This document shows, in pieces, positions 51,228-59,194 of a stretch of 64,000 nucleotides of DNA. A program made the translations under genes and the position numbers. The notes beneath the pieces were generated by a model that saw only the letters and a program-made list of their open reading frames with translations, did no database searches and was not told the origin of the DNA. This stretch comes from a virus (lineage: Duplodnaviria; Caudoviricetes): IMG/VR virus record IMGVR_UViG_2834148589_000001, positions 7,655 to 71,654 of that record; one strand, given 5' to 3'. Each line of letters starts with the position of its first letter. Within the stretch, counting starts at the first letter, position 1.

Positions 51228-51698
51228 ATGGCTGTTGTGCAAAGCACCTACTCGGACGATTATGCCAAGGGCTACGCCGGTATGATCGCCAACGGCGAGA
51301 CCTCGAACCGCATCTCGCGCACCGTCGAGGACGCCACCGCCATCGGCTTCGGCAAGGCGGTTTTCCGTGGAACCGGCGATCACGGCGTGACTGCCACCCC
51401 GTCGGCCAACCTGATCGGCATCACCATCGCCAACTATGCCGCCCCGCCCGTGCAGGCGACCGGCGCGCAGGCGGACAGCTATCCGCAGTATTCCACGGCT
51501 GGCATCCTGACGCAGGGCGTCATCTGGGTGGTCGCGGGTGCTGACGTGACCGATGGCGCCGCCGTCTATGTCGGCGATGGCGACCCCCTCACCGCCGGGG
51601 CATTCACCGACGACGCGACGGGCAACGTGGCGCTGGCGGGCTGGGTGTTCCAAGACACCGTTTCGAGCGGCGCCCTCGTGCGCATCGCCAAGCGCTAA
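51228..51698 (+). CDS. Head decoration/cement protein
   Basis: Position before capsid; IGFGKAV, GVIWV. Confidence 0.75.
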   Translation: MAVVQSTYSDDYAKGYAGMIANGETSNRISRTVEDATAIGFGKAVFRGTGDHGVTATPSANLIGITIANYAAPPVQATGAQADSYPQYSTAGILTQGVIWVVAGADVTDGAAVYVGDGDPLTAGAFTDDATGNVALAGWVFQDTVSSGALVRIAKR

Positions 51699-51710
51699 GG
51701 AGGCGCTGCC

Positions 51711-52676
51711 ATGAAACACGCCAACATTGATTTCAACGACGCGCAGCAGGTCGCCACCGGCTTCCTGATGCCCGCATACTACAACGTCGAGGCCACGGTC
51801 TATCAGACCAAGTACCAAGCCTTCGACTATGCCCGGTATCTGCCGGTCATCACCGAGGGCAGCGAATGGGCGCGCGGCGTGCTGTTCCGCTCGTCGGATA
51901 TCGCCGGCAAGGCCGAGTTCCTGTCGGGCAAGGGCTTCGACATGCCCTATGCAGACGTGTCGCGCGATCAGCACCTGAAGGGCTTCGAGCTGGCCGGCAT
52001 CGGCTATGAATGGAGCCTCGAAGAGGTGCAAACGGCGGCGCTTGAAGGGCGTCAACTCGGCAACGAAAAGGCCATGGCTGCCCGGAAGGTCGCGGAAAAG
52101 CGCCTCTGGGATATCGCGCTGACCGGCGCGACCGAGAAGAACTGGACCGGCCTGATCAATGACGGCAACGTGCCGGCGGCGGATGTCGCGGCGAACGGCA
52201 CGGGTTCGGCGACCTTCTGGGCCACCAAGACCCCGGACCAGATCCTTGCCGACATCAACTCGGCGATCACCGGCATCTACACCGAGACCAAGGGCACCGA
52301 GATCGCGGACACGCTTCTCCTGCCCTCGGGCGTCATGGACCTGCTGTCCTCGACGCGTCTCACCGACACCGGTATGACCACGCTGGCCTTCCTGCGGCAG
52401 AACAACGCCTATACCGCGCGCACCGGCCAGCCGCTGCTGATCACCGAGATGTTCGAACTGAACACCGCCGACCCCGGCGGCGATGGTCGGGCCGTGGTCT
52501 ACGCCCGCAGCCCCGACGTGCTGCGCTTCCATCTGCCTATGCCACATAAGTTCCTGCCGCCGTTCCAGAAGTCGAGCATGACCTGGGAAGTCGCCGGGAT
52601 CATGCGCACCGGCGGCACGGAAATCCGCCTCCCGAAGGCGGTTCGCTACATGGACGGTCTGATCGACAACTCGTGA
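51711..52676 (+). CDS. Major capsid protein (DUF2184)
   Basis: GYEWSLEE, TPDQILADIN, GGTEIRLP. Confidence 0.88.
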   Translation: MKHANIDFNDAQQVATGFLMPAYYNVEATVYQTKYQAFDYARYLPVITEGSEWARGVLFRSSDIAGKAEFLSGKGFDMPYADVSRDQHLKGFELAGIGYEWSLEEVQTAALEGRQLGNEKAMAARKVAEKRLWDIALTGATEKNWTGLINDGNVPAADVAANGTGSATFWATKTPDQILADINSAITGIYTETKGTEIADTLLLPSGVMDLLSSTRLTDTGMTTLAFLRQNNAYTARTGQPLLITEMFELNTADPGGDGRAVVYARSPDVLRFHLPMPHKFLPPFQKSSMTWEVAGIMRTGGTEIRLPKAVRYMDGLIDNS

Positions 52677-52733
52677 TGACACCCGCCCGGTCCTGTGATG
52701 GGGCCGGGCTCCCCATTCTGAAGGTATGACGCC

Positions 52734-53024
52734 ATGAAAATCACCAACATGCAAAAGGGCCCGCGCGGGTTCTGGCACAACGGAAAGCTGATCATGCTGG
52801 AGGCCGGCCAGTCGATCGAGCGCGACCTGAGCGAGGCGGACGGGAAGGCGGCCGAAAGCACCGGCTTCTTTGCGTTCGACGACGAGGAAGCTGCCAAGGG
52901 CGCGCCCGACGACCTCGACGCGCTCAAGGCCCGTGCCGACGAGCTGGGCGTTGAATACGGCCCGCGTATCGGCGCTGAAACCCTGCGCGAGCGCATCGCC
53001 GAAGCCGAGAAGAGCGCGGCTTGA
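52734..53024 (+). CDS. Head-associated small protein
   Basis: LKARADELGVEY...ETLRERI. Confidence 0.65.
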   Translation: MKITNMQKGPRGFWHNGKLIMLEAGQSIERDLSEADGKAAESTGFFAFDDEEAAKGAPDDLDALKARADELGVEYGPRIGAETLRERIAEAEKSAA

Positions 53025-53027
53025 GCC

Positions 53028-53510
53028 ATGGCCGCCTACGGGACTGATCAAGGCCTGACCGATTGGGGTGCGGCCAACGGTTACACGCTGACCGGCAGCA
53101 TCACCAATACTGTCCTGCGGGAGCGTGGCAGCGCCTATGTCGACGCGCTCTATGGGCCGCGCTTCATCGGGAAGCCGGTGGCATGGGATCAGGACCGGGC
53201 GTGGCCGCGCACCGGCGCCAGCGTGTGGGGCCTTGCGATCCCAGAGGACGAAACCCCGCAGGCGGTCATCAATGCGTCCTATGCCGCAGCGTTTGCTGAG
53301 GATGGATCGCCGGGGTTGCTTTCCGTGACCCACACGCCGGGTAAAGCGAAGGTGCTGACCAAGGTCGGGTCTCTGAGTTGGACTCCCGTCCAGGGAAACG
53401 GCTCAGCCGCCTCGGCTTGGATGCCGGTTCTCACCGTCGCAGATGGCCTTCTCGCCCCGTTTCTGATCGGCGGACTGCATGGCAACGGCGTTGCCGCGAT
53501 GGTGGTTTGA
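53028..53510 (+). CDS. Head-tail adaptor (DnaT-like family)
   Basis: SAYVD...QDRAWPR...IP. Confidence 0.75.
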   Translation: MAAYGTDQGLTDWGAANGYTLTGSITNTVLRERGSAYVDALYGPRFIGKPVAWDQDRAWPRTGASVWGLAIPEDETPQAVINASYAAAFAEDGSPGLLSVTHTPGKAKVLTKVGSLSWTPVQGNGSAASAWMPVLTVADGLLAPFLIGGLHGNGVAAMVV

Positions 53511-53511
53511 T

Positions 53512-53880
53512 ATGTCAGGCGCCGAGATCGCGGCCGAGGTCGCCGCAGCCCTTGCCGAGGCGGGGGCAGAGGTGGGAAACGGGCCCCTTGTCGCTACCCT
53601 CACCAAGACGCCCCGCAAGACGAACCCCGGAGACCCGGACCCGGGCCCGCCTGTGCCCTATCAGCTCACCGTGGTGGTCACGGAATACGACCTGCGCCAC
53701 GTTGACGGCACGCAGATCCAGGCGCAGGATCGCCGGGTTCTGATGGAGGCCGCTGGCGTGGCCCCGCTGCCGGGCGACACGCTGACGGTCGGGGCGCAGG
53801 TCTACAACGTGATCCGCGCGATGCCGCTGGACCCTGGCGGGGTCGCTCTGATGTATGAGGTGCAGGCGCGGCGGGCTTGA
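53512..53880 (+). CDS. Head closure protein
   Basis: VDGTQIQAQD...PGGVALMYEVQAR. Confidence 0.75.
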   Translation: MSGAEIAAEVAAALAEAGAEVGNGPLVATLTKTPRKTNPGDPDPGPPVPYQLTVVVTEYDLRHVDGTQIQAQDRRVLMEAAGVAPLPGDTLTVGAQVYNVIRAMPLDPGGVALMYEVQARRA

Positions 53881-54067
53881 CCCCGGCGCCAGCACGGTCA
53901 CAGTGGCCGGATGTTCCGGTCCTTTCACCTCTGGCGCTTTGTCATGCACGCTGAGCAGGGAAACTTGCTGATGGCTATGGATGCTCTGCGAACGTCAGAT
54001 GAACGGTTCAGCCTCTTCGACGCGATCGTGCTGATCGCGTGGGTGGAGGGCGCAAAGGACGGCAGGA

Positions 54068-55069
54068 ATGAGAAATCCCACCGCCGCTGAGCGCGCCGCG
54101 CTTCGCGCCTTCCTCGATCGGCACTTGCCCGAGATCATCGCGGCGTTCGAGCGGGCGGTCTATACGACCCGCGCCCGTGCCGATCTGGCAGAAGTCGAGC
54201 GCCTGTTGCAGTTGGGCGATATCGAAGCGCTGGTCGATCTGCTGCACATCGACGGTCCGATGCTGAACGCGCTGGAGGAGGCGGTGCGCAGTACGTACAT
54301 CGCAGGCGGGCAAAGCGCCGTTGCCGGGATGCAGCAAGGACTGGTCGCGACCTTCGGTTTCAACGGGGGTGACGTGGTTGCCCGGTCTTGGATCGAGCGC
54401 AACGGTGCCAATCTCGTCCAGGGGATCGTTGACGACAGTCGGGATGCGATCCGGCGTTTCGTTACGGTTGCGCTATCCGAAGAGGGCCGGGCAACCCGTT
54501 CCGTGGCGCTCGATATCGTCGGCCGCATCGGGCTTCAGCGCGTCAGGACCGGCGGGATCATCGGCCTGACGGCGGAGCAGACCGAATACGCGATCCGGGC
54601 GAGGGAAGAACTGACGCGGCTGGACCCGCACTATTTCACTCGGACGCGCCGGGACGCACGGTTCGACAGCTTGGTGCGCCGTGCCATGCGCGAAGGGCGG
54701 CGTCTGTCCGTCGCGGAGATCGATCGCATCGTGGGCAGATACAAAGACCGGCTGCTGCAGCGTCGGGGCGAGACCATCGCCCGGGATCAGGTCAACACCG
54801 CGCGCGCGGCCAGCCGCCGCGAGGCTATGCGCCAGATCCTCGAACGCCCGGACGTCGAGACCATCACCAAGCGCTGGCAGCTCGGGTTCCCGAAGGAGCA
54901 CAGGCCCAACCACGTCGCGTTGAACGGGCAGGTCAAGAATTACGACGAGGACTTTGACTTCGGGGGCGGCATCACGGCACACGGCCCCCATGATGACAGC
55001 CTCCCGGCCAGCGAGAAGCTCGGCTGCCAATGCACCATCGTCTACCGAGTGAAGCTGAAGAAGAGTTAG
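54068..55069 (+). CDS. Head morphogenesis protein (Mu gpF/SPP1 gp7-like)
   Basis: RGETIAR, KRW..RPNH..LNGQ, GCQC. Confidence 0.8.
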   Translation: MRNPTAAERAALRAFLDRHLPEIIAAFERAVYTTRARADLAEVERLLQLGDIEALVDLLHIDGPMLNALEEAVRSTYIAGGQSAVAGMQQGLVATFGFNGGDVVARSWIERNGANLVQGIVDDSRDAIRRFVTVALSEEGRATRSVALDIVGRIGLQRVRTGGIIGLTAEQTEYAIRAREELTRLDPHYFTRTRRDARFDSLVRRAMREGRRLSVAEIDRIVGRYKDRLLQRRGETIARDQVNTARAASRREAMRQILERPDVETITKRWQLGFPKEHRPNHVALNGQVKNYDEDFDFGGGITAHGPHDDSLPASEKLGCQCTIVYRVKLKKS

Positions 55070-55359
55070 GAAAGAGAAAGGCAGTAGGCTGAGAGGGCGC
55101 TCGCTAGCGCCTGCAACCCCTCGGCTCGGCTCTGGCGAAGATCTTCTGCGGCTTGGCGCGCTGCGATATTCTCTGGCGAGCTGTCTCGACTGCTAAGGCG
55201 AAGCAAGGTTCTGTCAGCTACAGACAGGTCGTCCTCAACCTCAGTCTGAACATCCCTGAGAATATTGAGGCATTGCAACTGAGTGAGCTGACCGCTGGCA
55301 GGGGTCGATGCACAAACAGTCAAGGCTGAAATTGTGACGCTGAGAAGCGGGTGAGGCAT
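55066..55359 (-). CDS. Exported accessory protein
   Basis: Signal-peptide-like N-terminus, GGAGG RBS, lower GC. Confidence 0.5.
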   Translation of the reverse strand: MPHPLLSVTISALTVCASTPASGQLTQLQCLNILRDVQTEVEDDLSVADRTLLRLSSRDSSPENIAARQAAEDLRQSRAEGLQALASALSAYCLSLS

Positions 55360-55425
55360 ACTTCCTCCAGAAATGGATAGGATCAGACCTTCGTCTGCAC
55401 GCTGGACGTGAGTCAAGCGCTCAGG

Positions 55426-55725
55426 TCAGTCGTCGGAGGGGGGTGGTGGAAACAGCACTTTCTCGATTTCGTCGGAAACGCGCTTGATGACAAGGTCATA
55501 GACTTCTCGTTGCTTGTCGGTTCGCGCACCCCCCCTGAGGCGCTGAGCTTGCTCCAGCAGCGCTATTAAGCGCTCAAAATCTTCGTCCGGCGCAGGGTAT
55601 CTCTCTTCGAGAACCTGCACGATCAGTGAGTTAACAGAAGCTTCCCCTGCAGCCTCTTTCACACGCTCATAGAGCGGCGTAGGCAGCCGAATCGTGTAGC
55701 GGGTGTAGTCGTCTTGCTTGGCCAT
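55426..55725 (-). CDS. Arc/Mnt-like ribbon-helix-helix repressor
   Basis: YTIRLPTPLYERVKEAA...SVNSLIVQVLE. Confidence 0.8.
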   Translation of the reverse strand: MAKQDDYTRYTIRLPTPLYERVKEAAGEASVNSLIVQVLEERYPAPDEDFERLIALLEQAQRLRGGARTDKQREVYDLVIKRVSDEIEKVLFPPPPSDD

Positions 55726-55739
55726 GGCGGAAGGTGTGG

Positions 55740-55813
55740 CACTAAAATGGTGAAGGCCACAAGAAAAGACTTGCGCACCAAATTGGTGAAATGTATCGTT
55801 CACTAAATTGGTG
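55740..55813. promoter_or_regulatory. Three palindromic operators and rightward promoter
   Basis: CACYAAAWTGGTG at 55740, 55776 and 55801; TTGCGC(55771)-17-TATCGT(55794). Confidence 0.8.
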
Positions 55814-55824
55814 AAGGGAGCGAC

Positions 55825-55998
55825 ATGACAGGCCAAGACGAAGAAATGGTGCGACTGACCATCTCGGTGCCCGCAAGCCTGCGGAAAATGCTAAAGGTGA
55901 GCGCTGCACAGAACGACCGGAGCTTCAGCGGGGAGATCATCCACTGTCTGAAGCGCGGATCCGGCTGGAGCGAAGAGGCCCAGCCCGCGCAAAAGTAA
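55825..55998 (+). CDS. Arc family repressor (57 aa)
   Basis: RLTISVPASLRKMLKVSAAQNDRSFSGEII; GGGAG RBS; below ORF-track cutoff. Confidence 0.8.
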   Translation: MTGQDEEMVRLTISVPASLRKMLKVSAAQNDRSFSGEIIHCLKRGSGWSEEAQPAQK

Positions 55999-56064
55999 AG
56001 GCCACCAGGGCGGCAACCCCGATGGCCTTTGATGAAACCCAACAGTCTACGAAAGGTTCTGTGC

Positions 56065-56490
56065 ATGAATATGCCAGTTCAGAGCGCCCATTTCAATGGG
56101 CACAACGCTACACAGGCGAAACTGTCTCGCCGCCGGCTTCTGACTGCCGCGCCCGCTGCTGGGCTCGCCGCCATGATGGCTGGGGCTACGCCAGTCGAAG
56201 CGGACAACCAGTCGCCTCTGCGCGAGATCTATTGGCAGTGGCAGGAGGCCAAGGCCACCTTCAACGCACTGCCTGACGATATCAGCGATGGGGCGGAAGG
56301 TGACGCGGCGTACCAGCGTATCGTCCACTTCGAGGAACAGGCCTCGGCATACGAACCGCAGACGCTCGACGACATGCTGATGAAGGTGATCTTCGCCGAC
56401 AACAACGGCGACATGAGGACCGGCAGCATATTTCAGGCCGCTCTGGTGGCGCAGGCCTACGAAATGGCCGGGATCGAGGCGGCAGCCTGA
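56065..56490 (+). CDS. Protein with twin-arginine-like N-terminus
   Basis: LSRRRLLTAAPAAGLAAMMAG..VEA. Confidence 0.6.
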   Translation: MNMPVQSAHFNGHNATQAKLSRRRLLTAAPAAGLAAMMAGATPVEADNQSPLREIYWQWQEAKATFNALPDDISDGAEGDAAYQRIVHFEEQASAYEPQTLDDMLMKVIFADNNGDMRTGSIFQAALVAQAYEMAGIEAAA

Positions 56491-56629
56491 TCAACTGAGC
56501 ATTTTACGAAATCTCCCCGCGACCAAGGGGGATAAGCGCGGCAGCGAGCTTCTGTGGCCTCGGTGTCGCTATGCGACCCATCACGCGCTTGGTGGCTTGG
56601 TCGGCCGAGCGCCACAGGAGAACCAGACT

Positions 56630-57385
56630 ATGGCTACGAAGAACACCAGTGTTTCACTGCAGATCGACGCCCTGAAGCAGGGGCGCGTGACGCTCAAGAT
56701 GATCGGCACCACCGGCCTTTACTTCAACGCGATGAGCGCCAAGGCGAAACGGACGCTGCTGATCGGCGGGGGCAAGAAAACCGCTGCGGAAAAGCGAGAA
56801 TTGAAGCACGATCCGCAGACCGAGTATCGTGACAGCGTCTATCGCCTGCCAGACGGCCCGACGCTGCTGGGCTTCCCGGCGCCGGGTGTGAAGGGCGCGA
56901 TGGCGACAGCGGCGCTGGAAACGCCGGGGGTCACGAAAAGCAGCGTTCAGAGACTGATCTTCCTGCCCGAACAGAAGATCAAAGTCTGGGGGCGCCCCTA
57001 TCTGAAATGCGACGTGGTCCGCAGCGCCGACATGGCGCGGACGCCGGACGTTCGGACCCGGGCTTTCCTTCCGCGCTGGTGCGCCGAGGTCGATATCGCC
57101 TTTATCACGCCGACGCTGAGCATCCACAGCATCATTTCGCTGCTGTCCAACGCGGGCGTGATCGTCGGAATCGGCGATTTCCGGCAGGAGAAGGGTCGTG
57201 GCAGCTACGGGACTTTCGCCGTGGCGACCGAGGATCTGGGCGACTGGCAGGAGACGTGGGACGATATCACGGCAGAGGGCCGCGATGTTCAGGAGGACGC
57301 GCTGGCGAACCCGGCGGCGGCTGACGATGACACCGCCGAGCTGCTGGCGATGCTTGAGGAAGAACGCATCCGGCGCGCCGCCTGA
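56630..57385 (+). CDS. Stand-alone Cas7/RAMP-like protein (VIPR-like effector candidate)
   Basis: N-terminal beta strand MIGTTGLYFN, FPAPGVKGAM helix, C-terminal Gly-rich loop GIGDFRQEKGRGSYGTF; AGGAG RBS. Confidence 0.75.
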   Translation: MATKNTSVSLQIDALKQGRVTLKMIGTTGLYFNAMSAKAKRTLLIGGGKKTAAEKRELKHDPQTEYRDSVYRLPDGPTLLGFPAPGVKGAMATAALETPGVTKSSVQRLIFLPEQKIKVWGRPYLKCDVVRSADMARTPDVRTRAFLPRWCAEVDIAFITPTLSIHSIISLLSNAGVIVGIGDFRQEKGRGSYGTFAVATEDLGDWQETWDDITAEGRDVQEDALANPAAADDDTAELLAMLEEERIRRAA

Positions 57386-57433
57386 TGCTCTTCGGCGCGG
57401 GCGGCCCAGGTCGCCCGGCCACGGTCACGGAAA

Positions 57434-57626
57434 GGCGGTCACGATTAGGCAAGGTCTGGCGTGGAAGCGCGAGGCGGGGCGAGGCTTGGCGGTCATGGCA
57501 TGGCAACGCCTGGGAAGTCGCGGCTCGGCCTGTCGGTCTAGGTGTGTTTAGACAAAGCGAGGCTCGGCGTGGCCAGTCGGTCATGGTTAGGAATGGCGAA
57601 GCTCGGCAAGCTTTGTCCTGGCGGTC
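57434..57626 (+). ncRNA. GGY/NN pentamer array 1 (4 units; putative guide RNAs)
   Basis: GKCGGTC delimiters at 57434, 57488, 57532, 57576 and 57620; unbroken 5-nt phase between them. Confidence 0.8.
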
Positions 57627-57645
57627 AACCGCAAAGGAGAAGCAA

Positions 57646-58131
57646 ATGGCTTTCAAATGGAAAGAACGGCAGGCGATCATCGACGGTTATCTGGCCGAGA
57701 CTGGTCGTAACCAATTTCACCCTGCCGAGTTTATCGACTGGTTGGGCGGAAAGCCCGATCACGAGGCGTATCCTTGGTTCTTCGGGACCGATGATGCCAC
57801 GGCGGCGCGGGAGCATCGCATCTCGCTCGCCCGGCGCATGGCTTCCGGCCTGCGTCTGACGGTGAAGGTCGAGGAGACGAAGTACACCGTTGCTTCGGTC
57901 GCGGTGCGCGAGTTCCCGGCCTACGTTTCGCCGGTTGCCGGTCGCAAGGCCGGTGGCGGCTACGAGCCCTTCGATCCGAAGGACAAGGCCGCGATGGCGG
58001 AGCTTCGTCGCCAAGGTGTCGTCGCGCTGCAATCGTGGTTGCGCCGGTACGCTGGTGCGTTCGCAGATGTCGATCTGTCGGCAATCGAGGAAATCGCGGC
58101 TGAAGATAGCCGTGTGGCGCTGTCCGCATAG
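57646..58131 (+). CDS. Partner protein between the two arrays
   Basis: AAGGAG RBS at end of array 1; HEAYPWFFGTDDATAAREHRISLAR. Confidence 0.8.
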   Translation: MAFKWKERQAIIDGYLAETGRNQFHPAEFIDWLGGKPDHEAYPWFFGTDDATAAREHRISLARRMASGLRLTVKVEETKYTVASVAVREFPAYVSPVAGRKAGGGYEPFDPKDKAAMAELRRQGVVALQSWLRRYAGAFADVDLSAIEEIAAEDSRVALSA

Positions 58132-58150
58132 GGCGCGCTGGTCAAGGTAA

Positions 58151-58294
58151 GGCGGTCGAGGCGGGGCTCTGCATGGCAAGGTGTGTCACGGCGAGGCGGT
58201 CTAGGTGAGGCGAGACTAGGCAAGGCGTGATGCGGCTGGGTCTGGCGGTCTAGGCCCGTTTGGGCGCGCTTAGGATGGACACGGCGGGGCGGTC
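58151..58294 (+). ncRNA. GGY/NN pentamer array 2 (3 units; putative guide RNAs)
   Basis: GGCGGTC at 58151, 58195, 58244 and 58288; same grammar as array 1. Confidence 0.8.
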
Positions 58295-58321
58295 AAGCGT
58301 TCCTCTGAGGGGTGTTCGAAA

Positions 58322-58349
58322 GATCGGCCTGCCATGTGGTGGGCCGATC
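58322..58349 (+). terminator. Hairpin closing the cassette
   Basis: GATCGGCCTGCC-ATGT-GGTGGGCCGATC; no U-tract. Confidence 0.45.
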
Positions 58350-58364
58350 CGCATGGAGAACCGC

Positions 58365-58802
58365 ATGGCACCACGCACAAACTTGTCGGTTGCCCTCGCG
58401 GCTTACCGTGACGAGAACAAGCCGAAAATTCGGTTCGTATACAATGAAGCAGTGCAGGACGTGATCGAGGCGGCGCAGACACCGCAGCGCGCGATCTCAG
58501 CGGGGGCGGAGACGTTCGAGGTCGGAAAGATCCCGGTGGCCAGCACCGATCTGATCAACTCGCTGCACCTCGGCGCCACCAAGATCGGCGGAGACTTCAC
58601 CGCGGTTATCGGCCTGATCGAGCCGGGCACGATCCAGACCTTCGAATGGCAGCAGCCCTATGCAGCCCGGATCGAGTTCGGCTTTTCGGGCACCGACGAG
58701 TTGGGGCGCGAATATGAGCAAGCCGGGCGCTTTTTCGTCGGCGCAAACGCGGTCCGGTTCCCTGAGTTCGTGGAAAAACACAAGCGCGAGGTCGGCCTGT
58801 GA
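58365..58802 (+). CDS. HK97 gp10-like neck/tail-completion protein
   Basis: IPVASTDLINS, PYAARIEFG, AGRFFV; position before tail terminator. Confidence 0.75.
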   Translation: MAPRTNLSVALAAYRDENKPKIRFVYNEAVQDVIEAAQTPQRAISAGAETFEVGKIPVASTDLINSLHLGATKIGGDFTAVIGLIEPGTIQTFEWQQPYAARIEFGFSGTDELGREYEQAGRFFVGANAVRFPEFVEKHKREVGL

Positions 58803-59194
58803 CGATGACGCCGAACGAGGCCTTCACCATCATCGCGGCGCGGCTTCGTGCCATGCCCGACTGCCCGCCGGTGGTCTGGCCAAACACGAACTTCGAACCG
58901 GTGCTGCCCCGGCTGATTTTCCAGCAGCCCGTTCGTGGCGCTAATGACCCGACCCTCGGCGGAGGCTACAAGGTTCGAACGGGTCGCGCCGTTGTCATCG
59001 TCGCAACCGCCTTGGTTGACGATTTCGGGGACGCAGCGGACACCTTGGCGACCCAAATCGAGGCGCTGTTTCCGACCGGCCCGCTGCCGACGCAACCGGC
59101 CGGGGTGCTGACCATCGTGCAGTCCCAGGTTCTCGGCGGCTACCAGACAGACACCGATTGGCGCGTTCCGGTTCAGATCGACTGGCGCGCCTAA
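58799..59194 (+). CDS. Tail terminator-like protein
   Basis: VWPN..F, LATQIEALF, WRVPVQIDW. Confidence 0.75.
   Translation: MTMTPNEAFTIIAARLRAMPDCPPVVWPNTNFEPVLPRLIFQQPVRGANDPTLGGGYKVRTGRAVVIVATALVDDFGDAADTLATQIEALFPTGPLPTQPAGVLTIVQSQVLGGYQTDTDWRVPVQIDWRA

Noticed and set aside
57385-57645. N-terminal extension of ORF 57385-58131 across array 1
   Set aside because: The Arg/Gly/Trp-rich translation is a by-product of the pentamer pattern; a strong AAGGAG RBS precedes ATG 57646
57434-58294. Canonical CRISPR array or simple microsatellite
   Set aside because: No 20-40 nt direct repeats with unique spacers; fixed delimiters, 5n-1 unit lengths and position-specific variation argue against slippage decay
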